64,000 bases of DNA from Candidatus Cloacimonadales bacterium (GCA_963663475.2 CAXXJV010000001.1:96001-160000); one strand, 5' to 3'. Counted from the stretch's first letter, positions 1 to 14,600 are shown. Program-made: numbers and translations. Notes: a model not told the origin generated them from the sequence alone.

Positions 1-1542
1 GTTATCAGTATGTCCTACAATACAAACTCTCACACCTGGATTAGTTTTTATAGTTTCAACTAAGAGGTTAAGACTTGGGAATGATTCTTCTTTTAGGCTT
101 GCTTTATCAAAATCGAAATAGATATTTTCGATTACATAATTCTTTTCTTCAAGAAGATCAATTTGGATATCATAATTAAGCTCTTTAGTATCTGGATCAA
201 AAGTTATAGAATTTGAATAAGCTTGATAGTTTGAACGGGTAATTTGAATATCAACAAGATCAATTCTTGGTAAATACAAGTTATAGTAACCATCTTTATT
301 AGATTGAACAACATGAGTTTTTACTTCATCGTTAATTGAGAAAGTCCATGTAATATCAGTTGATACAGGATTCCCATAATTATCAACAACATTACCATAA
401 ACTCTAATACCATCAATATATTCTTCGTTTAGAATAACAACTTTATAGATATCTTCTCCACCTTGGCCATCAGCTCTATCTGAAGAGATGAAAGCTTGGT
501 TAGAATCTTTAATTCTATAGTAGTGTCTTTCATTATATATTGAATTTATTTCTGGTCCTAAATTGATAGGAGTTTCCCATTCTGTCCATGATGAACCTTT
601 CTTTCTAGCTCTAAAGATATCAAAGCCACCAAAGGTAGAATGTCCATTTGAGGCGAAGAAAAGATTGGAACCATCCCAGCTAATAAAGGGAGTTTGTTCA
701 TCGTGAATAGTATTAATAGTAGAACCTAAGTTAACTGGTTCTTGCCAGCCATTACTGTATTCTGAAACCCAGATATCATAGCCACCAATTGAGCCTGGTC
801 TGTTAGAAGTAAAGAACATTACCCTATCTTCAAAGACATATGGTTGTAGGTCTCCATAAGCAGAAGACACAGCTTTTATTTTTACAGGTTGACTGTAGGC
901 ATCTTGAATTTTCTCAGCTCTATAAATACCTCTATTTCCATCGTAATGGCCAAATAGATAAGCATAGCTTCCATCAGCTGAGAATGAACTCAAAGATTCA
1001 TTTCCGTTAGTTAAAAGAGTAGGAATAGGTTTGAGAGGTCCCCAAGAAGCACCTAATTTTTGACTAACAAATATGTTTTCTTTAAGAGCCTTACATTTTC
1101 TGGAAGAGGTGAAGACTAATTCTTGATTTTCAGGATTAAGAACAGCTGCAAAATCACTAAATTCAGAGTTCAAGTATTGAGGGAAATATCCAATTTGGTA
1201 CATTGGAAGATCCTTAGCTGTTCTAATCACAGAATCTTCAATCAGTTTTAGTAAAGTATCATAATTCTCATAATCAATTCCTGAGGCATTATCTACATAA
1301 TACTTAAGATTATCATAAGCTGCTTGTAAGTCATTCTTAGCCATTTGAACCTTGAACATAAGGAAATAATTATCCATATCTTTAGGGCTTTGAGCAATAG
1401 CCTTTTCCATAAGGACTTCAGCATGAGGATAGAATCCTCTATCTAAAAATGTTTCAGCTTGCTCTCTGTAGGATTGACCTATCTGAGCAAATAGCAAAGA
1501 AAAACTTAAAAGAGCTAAAGCTATAAAAAGTTTAGTTTTCAT
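1..1542 (-). CDS. PorE-like protein (TPR, PD40 beta-propeller, OmpA peptidoglycan-binding domain); 3' end runs off the window
   Basis: Not in the ORF track; translated by hand from ATG at 1542 (RBS AAAGGAG). Signal peptide MKTKLFIALALLSFSLLFA, PD40-like repeats (FTSNRPGSIGGYDIW; FASNGHSTFGGFDIF), and the start of an OmpA domain (IENIYFDFDKASLKEES...IVGHTDN). Confidence 0.85.
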   Translation of the reverse strand, partial: MKTKLFIALALLSFSLLFAQIGQSYREQAETFLDRGFYPHAEVLMEKAIAQSPKDMDNYFLMFKVQMAKNDLQAAYDNLKYYVDNASGIDYENYDTLLKLIEDSVIRTAKDLPMYQIGYFPQYLNSEFSDFAAVLNPENQELVFTSSRKCKALKENIFVSQKLGASWGPLKPIPTLLTNGNESLSSFSADGSYAYLFGHYDGNRGIYRAEKIQDAYSQPVKIKAVSSAYGDLQPYVFEDRVMFFTSNRPGSIGGYDIWVSEYSNGWQEPVNLGSTINTIHDEQTPFISWDGSNLFFASNGHSTFGGFDIFRARKKGSSWTEWETPINLGPEINSIYNERHYYRIKDSNQAFISSDRADGQGGEDIYKVVILNEEYIDGIRVYGNVVDNYGNPVSTDITWTFSINDEVKTHVVQSNKDGYYNLYLPRIDLVDIQITRSNYQAYSNSITFDPDTKELNYDIQIDLLEEKNYVIENIYFDFDKASLKEESFPSLNLLVETIKTNPGVRVCIVGHTDN

Positions 1543-1583
1543 GAAATCTCCTTTCTTTAATTTAATTTTTAAACTTCTTTAAT

Positions 1584-1654
1584 TCAAAACTTCTTTTAAG
1601 CACTAGGACTTAATGCTTAAAAGAAGTTTTGAGGAGGGAATCCCTCCTCAAAAC
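1584..1654 (-). terminator. Two overlapping hairpins between the porV-like and porE-like genes
   Basis: On the minus strand GTTTTGAGGAGGGA-T-TCCCTCCTCAAAAC is followed by TTCTTTT; it overlaps a 19-bp stem TCAAAACTTCTTTTAAGCA/TGCTTAAAAGAAGTTTTGA. Confidence 0.6.
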
Positions 1655-1663
1655 GATCTATGT

Positions 1664-2620
1664 TTAGAATCTAAATGTTAAACCATATCTATGATTATCT
1701 TCGTTGATTCCTTCAGAATCTTCTCTAACATAAGCATAGTTCATTTCAATCATTTTAAATCTAAAACCAAAACCAGCAGTGAATTGACCATCATTAGCAC
1801 CAATTCTTACACCAGCTTGTACTTGTGATAACATATCTTCCCAAGAAGGATTTTGAGTATTTCTCATTGTTCCAAGTCCAGCACCTAAATCAGTATCACT
1901 ACCAATATTAGTCCAATATTCTGCACCCATGTGTACAGTAATCTCATCTGAACTTTCTTCTTGTCTTAAATCACCTGATACAGTAAAACCTTTCATTGGG
2001 AATACAGCGATTCCTAGGTTATATTGCATTGGGATTGATACATCATCAAATTTACTGAATACGTCTCTAACGTGAGCACCGAAAGTAATGTATTCATTCA
2101 TTTCATACATAGCACCAAGATCCATACCAAAACCACTCTTGCTCTCATCATCCATATTATCAAATAACATTTTGATGCTTGAACCCCATAGGAATTTACC
2201 TGTGCGAGTTGCTAAGCTTAAGTTAATATTATTATCTTGGTAATCATAAGTACCAGTTGAATTACCAAAGCCATCATAGCCTTCTAAATCACTAGTACCA
2301 GCATTAATCCAAGAGATTGCCATGTAACCATATTTAAATCTCATACCCATACCGGCAAAGCTTGTAGTTCTATCAAGACCTAAGCCGTCAGTATAATCTA
2401 TACCTACTTGATAATCTGCAATCTTACCTAAACCAGCAGGATTCCAGTAAGCAGCTGTGATATCATTCATATAAGCAGTACCTGTACCACCCATTGCCAT
2501 TCCTTTTGCACCATAACCCATACGGAGATAAGGTTTATTGTGGTTATTATCAGCAATAAGAGCGGAAACAAGACTTAGCATCACTGCTACAACTATCATT
2601 ATTTTTACACTTTTAGTCAT
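1664..2620 (-). CDS. PorV/PorQ-family (FadL-like) outer-membrane beta-barrel, T9SS shuttle-like
   Basis: Signal peptide; GAKGMAMGG and AAYWNPAGL motifs of PorV/FadL-like barrels; C-terminal Phe (YGLTFRF). Confidence 0.85.
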   Translation of the reverse strand: MTKSVKIMIVVAVMLSLVSALIADNNHNKPYLRMGYGAKGMAMGGTGTAYMNDITAAYWNPAGLGKIADYQVGIDYTDGLGLDRTTSFAGMGMRFKYGYMAISWINAGTSDLEGYDGFGNSTGTYDYQDNNINLSLATRTGKFLWGSSIKMLFDNMDDESKSGFGMDLGAMYEMNEYITFGAHVRDVFSKFDDVSIPMQYNLGIAVFPMKGFTVSGDLRQEESSDEITVHMGAEYWTNIGSDTDLGAGLGTMRNTQNPSWEDMLSQVQAGVRIGANDGQFTAGFGFRFKMIEMNYAYVREDSEGINEDNHRYGLTFRF

Positions 2621-2640
2621 TTATTCCTCCAAATTATTAG

Positions 2641-2663
2641 AGGAAGGGGGCGTACCCCCTCCC
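2641..2663 (-). promoter_or_regulatory. GC-rich hairpin directly after the giant gene stop (mRNA-stabilising or partial terminator)
   Basis: Minus strand GGGAGGGGG-TACG-CCCCCTTCC with no strong U-tract; lies just upstream of the GGAGG RBS of the porV-like gene. Confidence 0.55.
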
Positions 2664-2666
2664 AAT

Positions 2667-5600
2667 TTATTGAATTGCTATCTTAACAACCTTATTAATT
2701 TCCTTAGCACCATCAACTATGTTGATTCTAGCGAAGTAAGCACCACGAGCTAATCTCTTACCATCGTTGGTTCTTCCGTCGAATTGAATCATATTATTAG
2801 TGTCTCCACCAATAGAGTTATGGCTCATTTCACGAACAAGTTTACCAGCGAAATCGAAGATTTCAATAGTAACTTGTGCTTCTTTTGTAGTAGGAATTAC
2901 GAAAGTACCAACATCTCCTCTTTGAAGAGGTGAAGGATACATATAAGGTTTTGCAGTGAACATTAAGTCAACATTTGCCCAGTCCATATCAACAGTGAAG
3001 TTCATCATCTGAGTATTACTGTTTCCAGCTCTATCATAGATTGTAGCTTCAATGCGATATTGACCAAGACCATTAACTGGAACACGGCAAGCATAACTAT
3101 TTGCAACATTATTTTTCACAGTATCAATCACAGTAACATTATCATTATCAAAGACTTTAATCTCTAACATATCAAGACCAGAAGAAGCCATAGCTTTAAC
3201 TTCAGGCATGATATCAGATAATGTCATCATAACATCAACAAACATATTCTCAGCATGAGTATATGTAGTATTTGCTACAGGAGATACAAATTCTATTGTT
3301 GGGATATAGCTATCAATTGGGTAGCTTTGGTTAGAAACAGCGTTTCCACCAGCAACATTTGATGCCATAACAAGAACTTTAACAGTATTTGCATCAGCAG
3401 GGATAAGACCACCGTGAAGGTTAATATTATAAATGCCATTATCAGCTTGAACAGTAAATGGTTCATAGATAACTTCATTATTTGGCATTGCAATGATGCT
3501 AGCCATAATTGAAGCGTTATCTAATTCGTAGCCATTACCATCAACAGTAAATGAAATAGCATTATTATTTTGAGTATTTACCCAACCGTTTGAAGCATCA
3601 AGAGCTGAGATAGCGATGATTGGAGCAGGTGCAGTAATTGCGAAGTTTCTAGTAACAGTAGTAACGTTACCAGCCATATCTTTAGCTTGAGCTTCGATTA
3701 CATAAGTACCAGCAAGTAAATCATCAGTAGAAACAGCTAAGTTAAATGCTTCAGGACTATCTGAATCAATCTCTTCAACAGTGAAATCACCATTAAGAGA
3801 AGTAACTTTTATAGAAGACATAGCTAAGCCAGACATATTGTCATTAGCCATGATATTAACATTAACATTATTTCCGACCATTACTGAGTAATTGATTTCA
3901 GGATTAACAATAGTTAATTCAGGTCTGCTATTATCAATTGGGAATGTTTGACTAGAAACTGTTTGGATAGCCCAATCATTTTCAGCAATCACTTCAACTT
4001 TGATAGCATTTTGACCAGGAGTAACAATACCACCGTGGAAGTTGATAGTACCTTGTCCATTTTCTAAAGAAACAGAGAAAGGTCCTTGAATAACTTCATT
4101 GTTAGGTAATTGAATGATATTAGCTACAACAGATTGAAGAGCTGTATCAGTATGTCCTGATTCAACAGTTAAGTCGAATTCATAATTATTAGCAGTTGTG
4201 ATCCACCATGAACCATTAGCAAGAGGGCTAAAGTCAACAAGAGGAGCAGGTCCACCAACAATTTCGAAGTTAACAGTAGCAGATGCAGTGTTACCAACAA
4301 AGTCACTTACAGAAGCAATAGCAGTATGAGCACCAGGAACTAGGTCAGAAGCTGCATAAGCAACAGAACCATTAGAAACTTGGCCATTAACCACATTACC
4401 ATCAAGAGTAAGTACAAGTGTTGAGATATCGATACCAGAAGCACCTGAGAAGTGTTGTACTAAATCGTCATCTATGAAGTGACCTTGAGGATCATTAAAT
4501 GAGAAGGCGATTTGAGCATCTGAACCGAAGTTAACTACAGGGTTAGTAGGAGCAGTAGCAGTAACAACAGGGTCCATATAATCTAAACTGAATGTTTGTT
4601 CAGCAACATTATTTACATCGATGTCGTCAATAGCATTAACTCTTACTTTAATACCTAATGAATTTGGAAGTTGTAATTGAGCGAAGCCAAATACATATTC
4701 GTTTTCATTAGCAGTAGCCACAGGGTTAGAAGTTTGGATAAGAATACCAGCTGGGTTAAGATCAGTTATAGCAAGGATAGAAACGTTGATATCTTCAAGA
4801 GCAATAGTTCTTCCATCAGCAGGAACAACACTCATAAGAAGTTCGTTTGACATTGCAGGATTTAACCACCAACCGTTTTCGAAGCCAGCGTCATGAATAG
4901 TAATTTGAGGTCTGTTAACAACTACGTTAGCAGTAACGTTAGCAGCCATTACATTAACTAAGTTAAGGTTATTTACAGCAGTCCACTGAACATTAAGAGA
5001 AGCAACTTCTCTAGAGTTTCTACCAGATCTCATTGGTTGTGGAACTAAAGTAACTAATTCTTCAACTGTCATTTCATAACTAAATTCATTACCTGTAACA
5101 GTAATTTCATTCATAGGAACATTAAGAACAGTATTAACTGCAGGATCATTGTTAGTAACAACTAAGTTATAATCCATAAGACCAGTTTCAGCATCTTCAA
5201 TTGTAGCTGTTAATGTTCTATTAGTAGCTGATAAGATACTTGTTGATTCAAATGCGATTGTAGGCATTGAGTCATCAACGAAGAAGTATAATGTTTGATT
5301 AGCATGGAAACCATTCATTTCAACATGAACTTCAAGTTCATTTTGACCTGCCATCATATTGACTAAATCGAAACTTACTACTCCATTTACAAGAGCAATG
5401 TTATTAACATTGTTGATGCCATTATTTAGAGTAATTGAGATGTTACCTAGTCCGAAACCTGCAGGTAATTGATAACCTTGTTCATTTTCTTCATGATATA
5501 CAGTGAAGTTCATAGCTACATTTGGAAGAGTCCATAAGTTAGTACCTTCAACGAATACATCATTGTTAACTGGAGCGAATTCAGTAACAAACATTTCGAA

Positions 5601-8600
5601 ACCAAGGTATTGACCAACAGTAACAACTGTATTAACAGGAGCAGTGAAAGTCATACTTGCATCAGATTCACTATAAACAACATCGATTTCTACGAAGTCT
5701 GCTAAAACAGCATCCCAAGCAAGAGCTACAATATCACCTTCAACAGCTACAGTAGCTGTAAGAGGTAAAGTATAAGTAGCGTTACCAGCGATGTTTGAAT
5801 TAACAAGAACTTGGTCAGTAAGTTGAGCATAATGGTCAGCTAAAGGCATTTCGTTATCTAACATAGTGAACCAGTAAGGGTTGTTGTAGTTAACAATAGC
5901 ACCATTAGAAGCAGCCATTGGATCTAATTCAGCAAATTTAATCCAAGCAGCACCATTAGCAACGCCTGATAACCAGTAACCTGGTAGTTCGTTATTTGCA
6001 TTAACAACTAAGTTGAATTCATAGTCTTCATTAATGGTTTCATAACCAGCATAACCGTTTTCATCAACTCTGATTACATTTGGCATGCTATCTGTATCAA
6101 CTACCATTAAGTTATTTTCATGAATTTCGATGTTTCCGTTAGCAGGAGCTAGTTCAAATTCACCTTGGTTATAAGTAACATTAAGAGGATATACAAGAGA
6201 AGATTCTTCATCATTGTTCATCATAACATTTACTTTAACCGCAATAGCATTTTGAATTGCTTCAGCATTGAAATCAAATTCATAATAAGGATCGTTGTTT
6301 ACTGTATTGATTGCGAAATCAACCCAGTTAATATTATCAGTAGTATATTGAGCAACTACAGCAGTAACATTATTACCCCAGTTAGTAACTTTAGCATACA
6401 TTTTGTCTGTTGAAATAGCTTCGTTATCAAATTCAAAAGCAGTAATCACAGCGTATGGGTCGTTTTCATTAGGAGTAACAAGCACAACATTTTGTAGTGT
6501 GTTATTGATAAATCCATCATTATCAGTAACAATAGCTTCAATAGTATAGGTTCCTACGTTTGCTAAGAGAGCAGTGTTCCATACATAAGTATAAGGAGCA
6601 TTTTCTACAATAGCGTGAGATTGACCGTTTACTTTGAATTCAACTGAAGCAACATCTTGAGGAGCAATTTCATTTGTTCCATCTGTGTAGTTAACATCAG
6701 CATTGATAGCTACCATTTCACCAAGCACAAATTCAGAATCATTATCTATATTTGTGAAGAATACTTCTGGAGCATCAGCATCGTAGTAAACCATTGAGCC
6801 AAGGTTAATATCATATTGATTTGCAGGGATAGCAAGATCAGAAACAATAGCTTTGAAGTTGTAGAATCCACTTGCAAGACCTAAGTTAGCAAATGTAACT
6901 TCAGTAAGACCAGCATTAAGAGCTGCAGGAGTGAATCCTAATGACATCCAGTTTCCGTTAAGAACGTCAGCATATTGTAGTTCGATATTTCCGTTAATGA
7001 TGTTTGTTGCATCAACATCGAAAGTAAGAGTGATTTCATCATTCATATTGAAGATAGAATCATCAACTAAAGTGTTCATGCTATTAGCAACAAGTGGTGT
7101 TATGTTATCAAATACTTGATAAGTAACAATACTTTCACCAACATTGTTATATTCGTCTTCGATTTCAGCTTTGAAGTCATAGTTTGCACCAATTGTCCAA
7201 GTTTGAGGAATAATCCATTGACCATTAGCATCAAGAGCTATTGGGTTCCAAACATTAGCAGCTGCATCAGACCAGAAGTAGTTAATAGTCAATTGAGTAG
7301 AAACATTATCCATTGCATTAGCATTGAAGGTATATGCCATTCCACGAGTAATTGAGCCATTATCATTTTCTGCAAGAACTAAAGCACCTGTAGGAGCATC
7401 AGTATCTACACTGAAAGCGAATGTTTCATTATAAGTATGACCAACAAAGTCTGCAGTAACAACTTCAATTTGATAAGTTCCAGTAGTTAAAGCTGAAATA
7501 TCAACTGAGTAGTTAACAAGAGTTGGATCTACTTGGTTATTAGTATCATAAGCAAGAGAGTGAACTTGATTACCATCAAGATTAATCACAAGACTTGCTA
7601 AATCAAGAACAGGGTTATCAACAGTAATAGCAAGATCAAGAGCATTAGCAATTGCTACAGTTGCACCAGCAGCTACAGGATTACCAGCTTGATTTACTGT
7701 TAGGTCAGTTACCATTGGAGCTTGGCTATCAATGATATCAACAAGATAAGGATTACCACCGTTAGCTATGAAGCTAGCTTGGTCATCAACATTGTTAAAG
7801 ATATCTTCAACTTGAACAGCAATTTGAACTTTTTCAGCAAAGAGATAATCCATGCCAATAGTCCAGTTGTATTCATTAGCAACAAAGCCACTTAATTGGT
7901 TCCAAGGAGAAGCTACATTATCATTTTCATCTAAGAAACGATACATATAGTTAACTTGGTTGAAGAATTCAGGGTTGCTTGAATTGAAGTTTCCAATAGA
8001 AAGGATATATTCAGAACCTCTGTTTACTTCAGTAGTAGTTTGACCTTCAAGTGTTGAAAGAGTAATTTCAGGAACGATTGTAGAGTTCCAGATATGTAAG
8101 TTAGTTTCATTAACAACCTCACCGAAGTTATATTCAGAAACTGTTCTTACAGTATAATCACCATCCATGTTAGCAATATTCCAGTTTACTGACATAAATT
8201 CAGCATAACCTGCAACAGTTCCGTTTCCTGCGAAGTTAGCAATAGGAGTCCATACTGCATTAGCAGCAAATTGCATCCAGTTTGTTCCATCCCAGTATTC
8301 GAATCTAACATTGTTAGGATCTATAACATTATTACCTTCTGGTAAGAATGCGTATAAGTTAATATTGTTACCACCGATAACATCAGTGATTTCATTATTA
8401 TTAGTTACATTTGTTTGATGGAATGTCTCAGCACCATTTCTGAAATCTGAAACAACCATTATCTTAGCACCAACTTCGTCACTTCTAAGAGTGAAGTTAC
8501 CTGCGTTGAAGATAGCAGAAACATAATCATTATGATCAGTTAAAGTAAGATCAACATTAACCAAGATGTTGTCTTGGCCATTAATAACTTCATTCATCAT

Positions 8601-11600
8601 TGCTTGTGAAGGAGTCCAGTCAAATACTAAGTTTGCACCATCATCACTTACTTTTACATCAACAAGATCTACAGTAGCATTGTGAGTGAAAGTAGCTTGC
8701 ATAGCTTTAACACCAAGGCCATTACTATTAGCATCAAGTAATTGAGCTAAGTAGTCATTATAAGCTACAGTAAAGCTATGAGTTTCTGTGTAGATACCAG
8801 ACATATTGAATGGATTGTTCACTGCAGTAATTACAGGAGCATTTGTATCAATATAAAGGTTATCACCTAAAGCAGGACTTTGATTATTTGCGTTAAATAC
8901 GAAGTCTTGAACTGTAACATCAAGATAGTAATTACCATCAGGTACACCAGCAAGAACAAGTGAGAAATCAGTTGGTCTTACATCGTAAGCAGCATAGACA
9001 TCGTTAACTATTTGATATGTATTTGCAGGATTATTTACATCAACTAACCATGCTTGAACAGTATGAACATCATTTGGATTAGCATAATCTAAAGTGAATT
9101 CAAGGTTTTCAGCAAGAGTTTTGTAAGAATCTAACATTACATAATTAAGTGCAGTTAAGTTAAATGCAGGAGCAGAGTTATCAATGATTAAGTTCATTTC
9201 AACTGCTGCAGCTTGATCATCAGTAGCAACTAAGTTATCAAATGGAACAGCTCTGAAGAGGTAAGAACCATCTGGAATAATACTTGTATCGAACTGTAAT
9301 GCAAAGCCATCTGCATTAATATTTTCAGTAACTACAAAGTTGTTAGCCATTTCAACAGCATCAATCACACCGTCGTTATTAGCATCAACATAGTAGTTAA
9401 CTACATAAGTTTCACGAGCAAGAGTAACATCTGCAGTCCAGATGTCATTTACATTAGCAAGTTCAACCCATGAAGTGTTGAGAGCACTATCAGTAATTTC
9501 AATATGGACACCAGGAATAAGAGCAAATGGGATGTTTGCATTAGCAATTGAGAATTGGTAATCAACATCAGCCATTGAATCATCACTTCCAAGAGGCATC
9601 CAGTTTACTCCATCATTATATTGGAATTCAACTGATTGAATACCAGCAGGAGTAGCAACATTAGCTGTTAATAATTCTAAACCTGAAATAACATCATCTG
9701 CATTGTGATTAACAATAGTAGTTGTGATATCAGTAGGATATAGAACGTTAACAGTTAAATCAACTTGGTAGTTATCAATAATACCATCGAAAGGAATAAG
9801 ATCACCTTCAACATTACCACGAGTATCTTCAGCGATAATAGCAAATTCAACCATAGCACCAGTATCAACAGTTACATCGAATTGGTACATATTATTTGCA
9901 TCTACTTCGTGGTCGTAAGCGATTAAGTTCCAACCAGCACCATCTATATTTCTATAGAGTTTTACAGGAGGATAGATATCATCATTAGTATTTGCATACC
10001 AAGGTTGAGTTTGATTTGCCCAGTTTTCTGTATCTTCAGTAGATAAACCAAGAATTTGTGCTCTATCGATTTGGATAGTTAAGTTCTCAGCATTATCAGC
10101 CATTACAGCAATTGGGTTGCCATCGAAGTTGTGAAGTTGGTTCATAGCTTCGCCACCATTATCAGCATCTGTCATGTAAGCAAGACTTGCAATAGCTGTT
10201 TGTGGAGCTTGGTTATCAACATAAACATCGATAGGAGTGATTTCTGAAACATTGCCATTAGCATCAGTAACAGTAACATTATAAGTAACTATACCTTCAC
10301 CAGTGATAGTATTAAGACCAGTCCAAGGGATTGATACTGTATTTGTAAGAGCATCGATTGTGATGTTAGCATTATCTGCAACATTAACTGCATTATAATC
10401 AACGAAGAAGTTGTTAATGTTAAGTCCATCAAAATCAACATAATCAAATACTAATCTATCAGTGTTACCATTATAGTAAGCGTAAGAAGTATGAGTTACA
10501 GAAGCATTATTCACAACAAGTTCAGGTTTCATATAATCAACTCTGAAGTCAGCGTTATCATTAAAGATACCAGCTTGAGGAATAACTTCATTATTTGTAT
10601 AACTATCGATTAATACAGCGAAGAATTCATAAGAATAATCACTACCATCATAGTTACCATTATTTGTGTATAAGTTAGGGTCAACAGTAATCCAGCTATT
10701 CCATACGTTAGCAGTTGCATCGTAACAGTTAGCAGGATTAACTACATTAGTATTTCCATATTGTGGATTTACTGCAGCATCATTATTTACAGGAAGAGTA
10801 GCAATCACATTACCTGTAGCAGTTTCAATTCTATTTACGAAGAATTGAATTTCTGAGATGCCTTCTAAGCCGTTTGGATATATAGCATATACTCTAAGGT
10901 TGTTTTGGATAAGTGGGTTGCTAGGGGAATAGATTGTTCCATTAGCAATTGTATTATCACTATCGAAGTTAGTATAATCAACTAATGTAAGGTCATAGAA
11001 CTTATCATAAGAAGGATTAACAATTTCGAGAACAGTAGAGAAGTCTGCTTCAGCTGAAACATTACCAACAAAGTCATAAGCTTTTGCAGTAATAACAACA
11101 GCACCAATATCATTAGCATCGTAAGTCCAGTTAACTGGATTAACCATATCATAAACTAAGACATCACCGTTAAGAGTTAATTCAACATAGTCAACATCTG
11201 TCCATGCACCAACAAGAGCAGTTAAATTAACATTGTTGTTAGCAGGTGTGATATAGTCATAAACAAGTTGGAGAGAGTTAGAACCAGCAGCAAGTACATC
11301 AGATACTTCAGGAGCTGTAACATCAGCAACTGAGTAAGTGAATTGAGCATCAGAAACTGATCTCATTTGGCTACTTGTAGTAAGAACTCTAACAATATAA
11401 TTTCTTATATTTTCATCAAGGTCTAAGTTATCACCATCATTATTTCCATCATAATTTGCATTATAAAGGTAAGAAGTATATTGAGGGCTACTTAAATCCC
11501 AGTTGAAGCCATAAGGATAAACAGCATCATTTGCTTGAAGAACAAGATTTCCAAGATCATCAGTATAATCACCATCATTATCAGCATCAAGATATACTTG

Positions 11601-14600
11601 GAATTCAACAGTATTAACAACACCGTCAGGGTCGTTAACTAAGAATTCAAGTTCGATATCGTTACCACTATTTAAAGTGATAGCAGGATCAGTAGTAGCT
11701 GAAACACCGGCAGGTGAGTGAGCATATCTGAATGTTTTAGTATCTGTGAAATTGTTACCTAAAGCATCAGTAGCATTAATAGTGATTTGATAATCACCTT
11801 CAGCTAAATCAAATCCAGAATAACCAGCATTGAATACAAATTCAGCAACACTACCGTTGAAATTAACAGCAACATTGTTGATAGCGGCTGTATTAGGAGT
11901 AACGCCGATTGTAGCTAAATTGAAGTTAGCATTAATATTTCCGATACCGTCAGTTCCAAACATTTCAGGATCTTCAAGTTCAATTACTAATGAAGTGAAA
12001 TCTTGGTCATAAATAATAACATCGCCCCAGTTATAGCTAGCAGGGCCAACTGGTGAGTTAAATGTTACACCATTAGCAATAACTTGTGGTGCAGTAGCAT
12101 CTAATAAGATGTTAATATTTTCTGATTTTTCGAAGCCATATATATTAGTATAGGTTACTGTTAAATCAGTATTGCCAAGAGTAGCTGCATCAGCAGTGAA
12201 ATCATTAGCAGTGATTGTAAGAACTGCAGTATTACCATTGATTACTGGAGTCATATCATTAACTAATTGGTTACCACTAACAACAAAGTCAGTTCCAACA
12301 GGAACATAAGCAGGGTTAAGTGATTCACCAAAGTTAGTGAAGTCTATTGTTAGGTCGAAAGCACCTAAAACAGGATTTTGAGTTCCAGGATTATTGATAA
12401 GGATATCAAAGTCATTACCGTCAACTTCAACATCAAGAGCCATTTCGTGTTCGAAAACATTAGTTAAAATGTTATCGAAAGGATCTCTGAATGAAGTAAT
12501 GTTAAGAGTAAGCATTTGATTTTCTGCAAATAGAGCAGGATCAGTAATAGTAACAGGGAATGTTGCTAGCCATTTTGAGTTGTGCATAACAGTTGGTGCA
12601 ACAGTGTAAGCACCGAATGTTAAACCAGCAACAGGATCAATAGTTACATTATCAATATACTCTTGGAATTGAGTATTAATATATACATTAACTACAGGAT
12701 CTACAGTTTGACTTCCACTTACTGCTAAGTAATTTGTAGCATTACCAGTAACTAATTCAGCATGTTGAATTAGAGGAACAATAGGACCTGAACCAGCATA
12801 AGAAATAGTCTTAGTAGAAGCAGGAGTAGATTGACCTGTAATATTTGTAGCACTTACGCTAACAACTTGAGAAGTTTGGTTATGGTTAGTAACTACAGGG
12901 ATACCTGTCAATTCAGCAACCCATTGCATTCCATCCCAAGTAATATTATTTTGAGGAACAAGATAAGGACTAGGAATATCTAAGATATTATTGAAGTCAG
13001 TAAGTGTAACGTATGGTTTTGCTACAGTACCTGTTAAAGGAGCATCACTATTGAAGATAACTTTAATAGTAGCTAGGTCACCAGGAGTAACATAATACAT
13101 ACCATTTTCACCTAATGTTTGACTCCAAACATAGATTTCATCTAAGCTTGTTGTATTACCATCGATTAAATTGAATACGTTAGCAACAGATTGTTGGCTA
13201 ATTTCGTTAGTAGAATAAGTAATTCTATATTCTAATTCTTTCCAACCAACAGTTGAGTTAACTACGATATCACTATTTAAGAAGTAAAGATCATTAACTG
13301 CATCATAAGCAAGAGCAATCCAGCCTTGGTTCGCATTGTTATAATGGTCAGCTAAGATTTCTACACTAGTAACATTAGCATTATCTGTAGCTAATGGTTG
13401 AACATCTAAGATTACACCAATTCTCTGACCATTACTAATGTATGGAGAAGTTGCTGCATTCATTCTATCTAAGCCATCATATTGGAAAGCAGTAATGCCA
13501 TCAACATCAGCTTGACTAGCGATAAATTCAACAGTAGCTTGAGGGCCTTGAGCAAGATATCTATTAGAAGGTGAGTTATAGTTTTCACCAGCATAGTTCT
13601 TGTGATTAACGAGGTCTTCTAACTCATTAAACTGAATAGTAACAATGTCTGTATTTTCAACAGCAGTGTTATCAACAGGAGTAATTTTCCAGATTAATGC
13701 TCTTTGATTAACATTAATTAACTCACTACCTAAAAGAGTAACAGTCCAAGTAGGATCAACACTTGGTAAGGTTACACCAGTTTCAGCAACTGAAACACCA
13801 TTCATATCTTCAACTATTCTCTTAACATAGAGAGAACCATCAAATTGATATGAATCAAGGTCTTGTGGGTCATTTAAAGTAAGATCAAAGTTATAGCTAT
13901 TAACTTGATTACTTAAGTTATTGATACCTGGTAAAGTATTAGCTGTAGCATAATCATTGATATTACTAGCAGCTTGAACAATAGTATAATCACTATAAGT
14001 AGGAACTTCTAAATCAATTTTGATTGATTTAAAGATTGAGATAGGATTAACAGCAAAGAAGTCTTCGTATCTTACTTCGATTTGGATGTTATCACCATCA
14101 TCATAAGTATTCCAACATGCTTGAACATCAGGTGTTCTTACCCATGTAATTTGGTGGTTATAAATTGTTACACCAGGAATTGGATTAGTAGAAGTTGTTA
14201 CAACTGTACCGTTAATCCAATTAGTATCAGGGAAGTCATTAGTGATATTGTCAAATTCAGCTATAGGATTAATATCAGCTAAAACAGAATTAACAGTCAT
14301 AGTTAATTCAACATCATGTTCAGGAGCAAACCAACCTTGTGGATCATATCCTACATAACGTGATGCAGCAATACCATTAAATGTATATTCAGGAATATTA
14401 ATAGCAACCATGTCTTGGTTATAAGGAGTTGCTACAAAATTAAAGTCTGATCTTGCTTCAACAACAAAATCTACAACTTCATAACCAGTAGTTTGATTTT
14501 CAAAATTAGCGAAATCAAAGTCTGCATTATCCCATGAATAAGTATAAGTATGTTTTTCAAAACCAGTTACAGGTTCTGATTCAAAAACATCACTTTCGTA

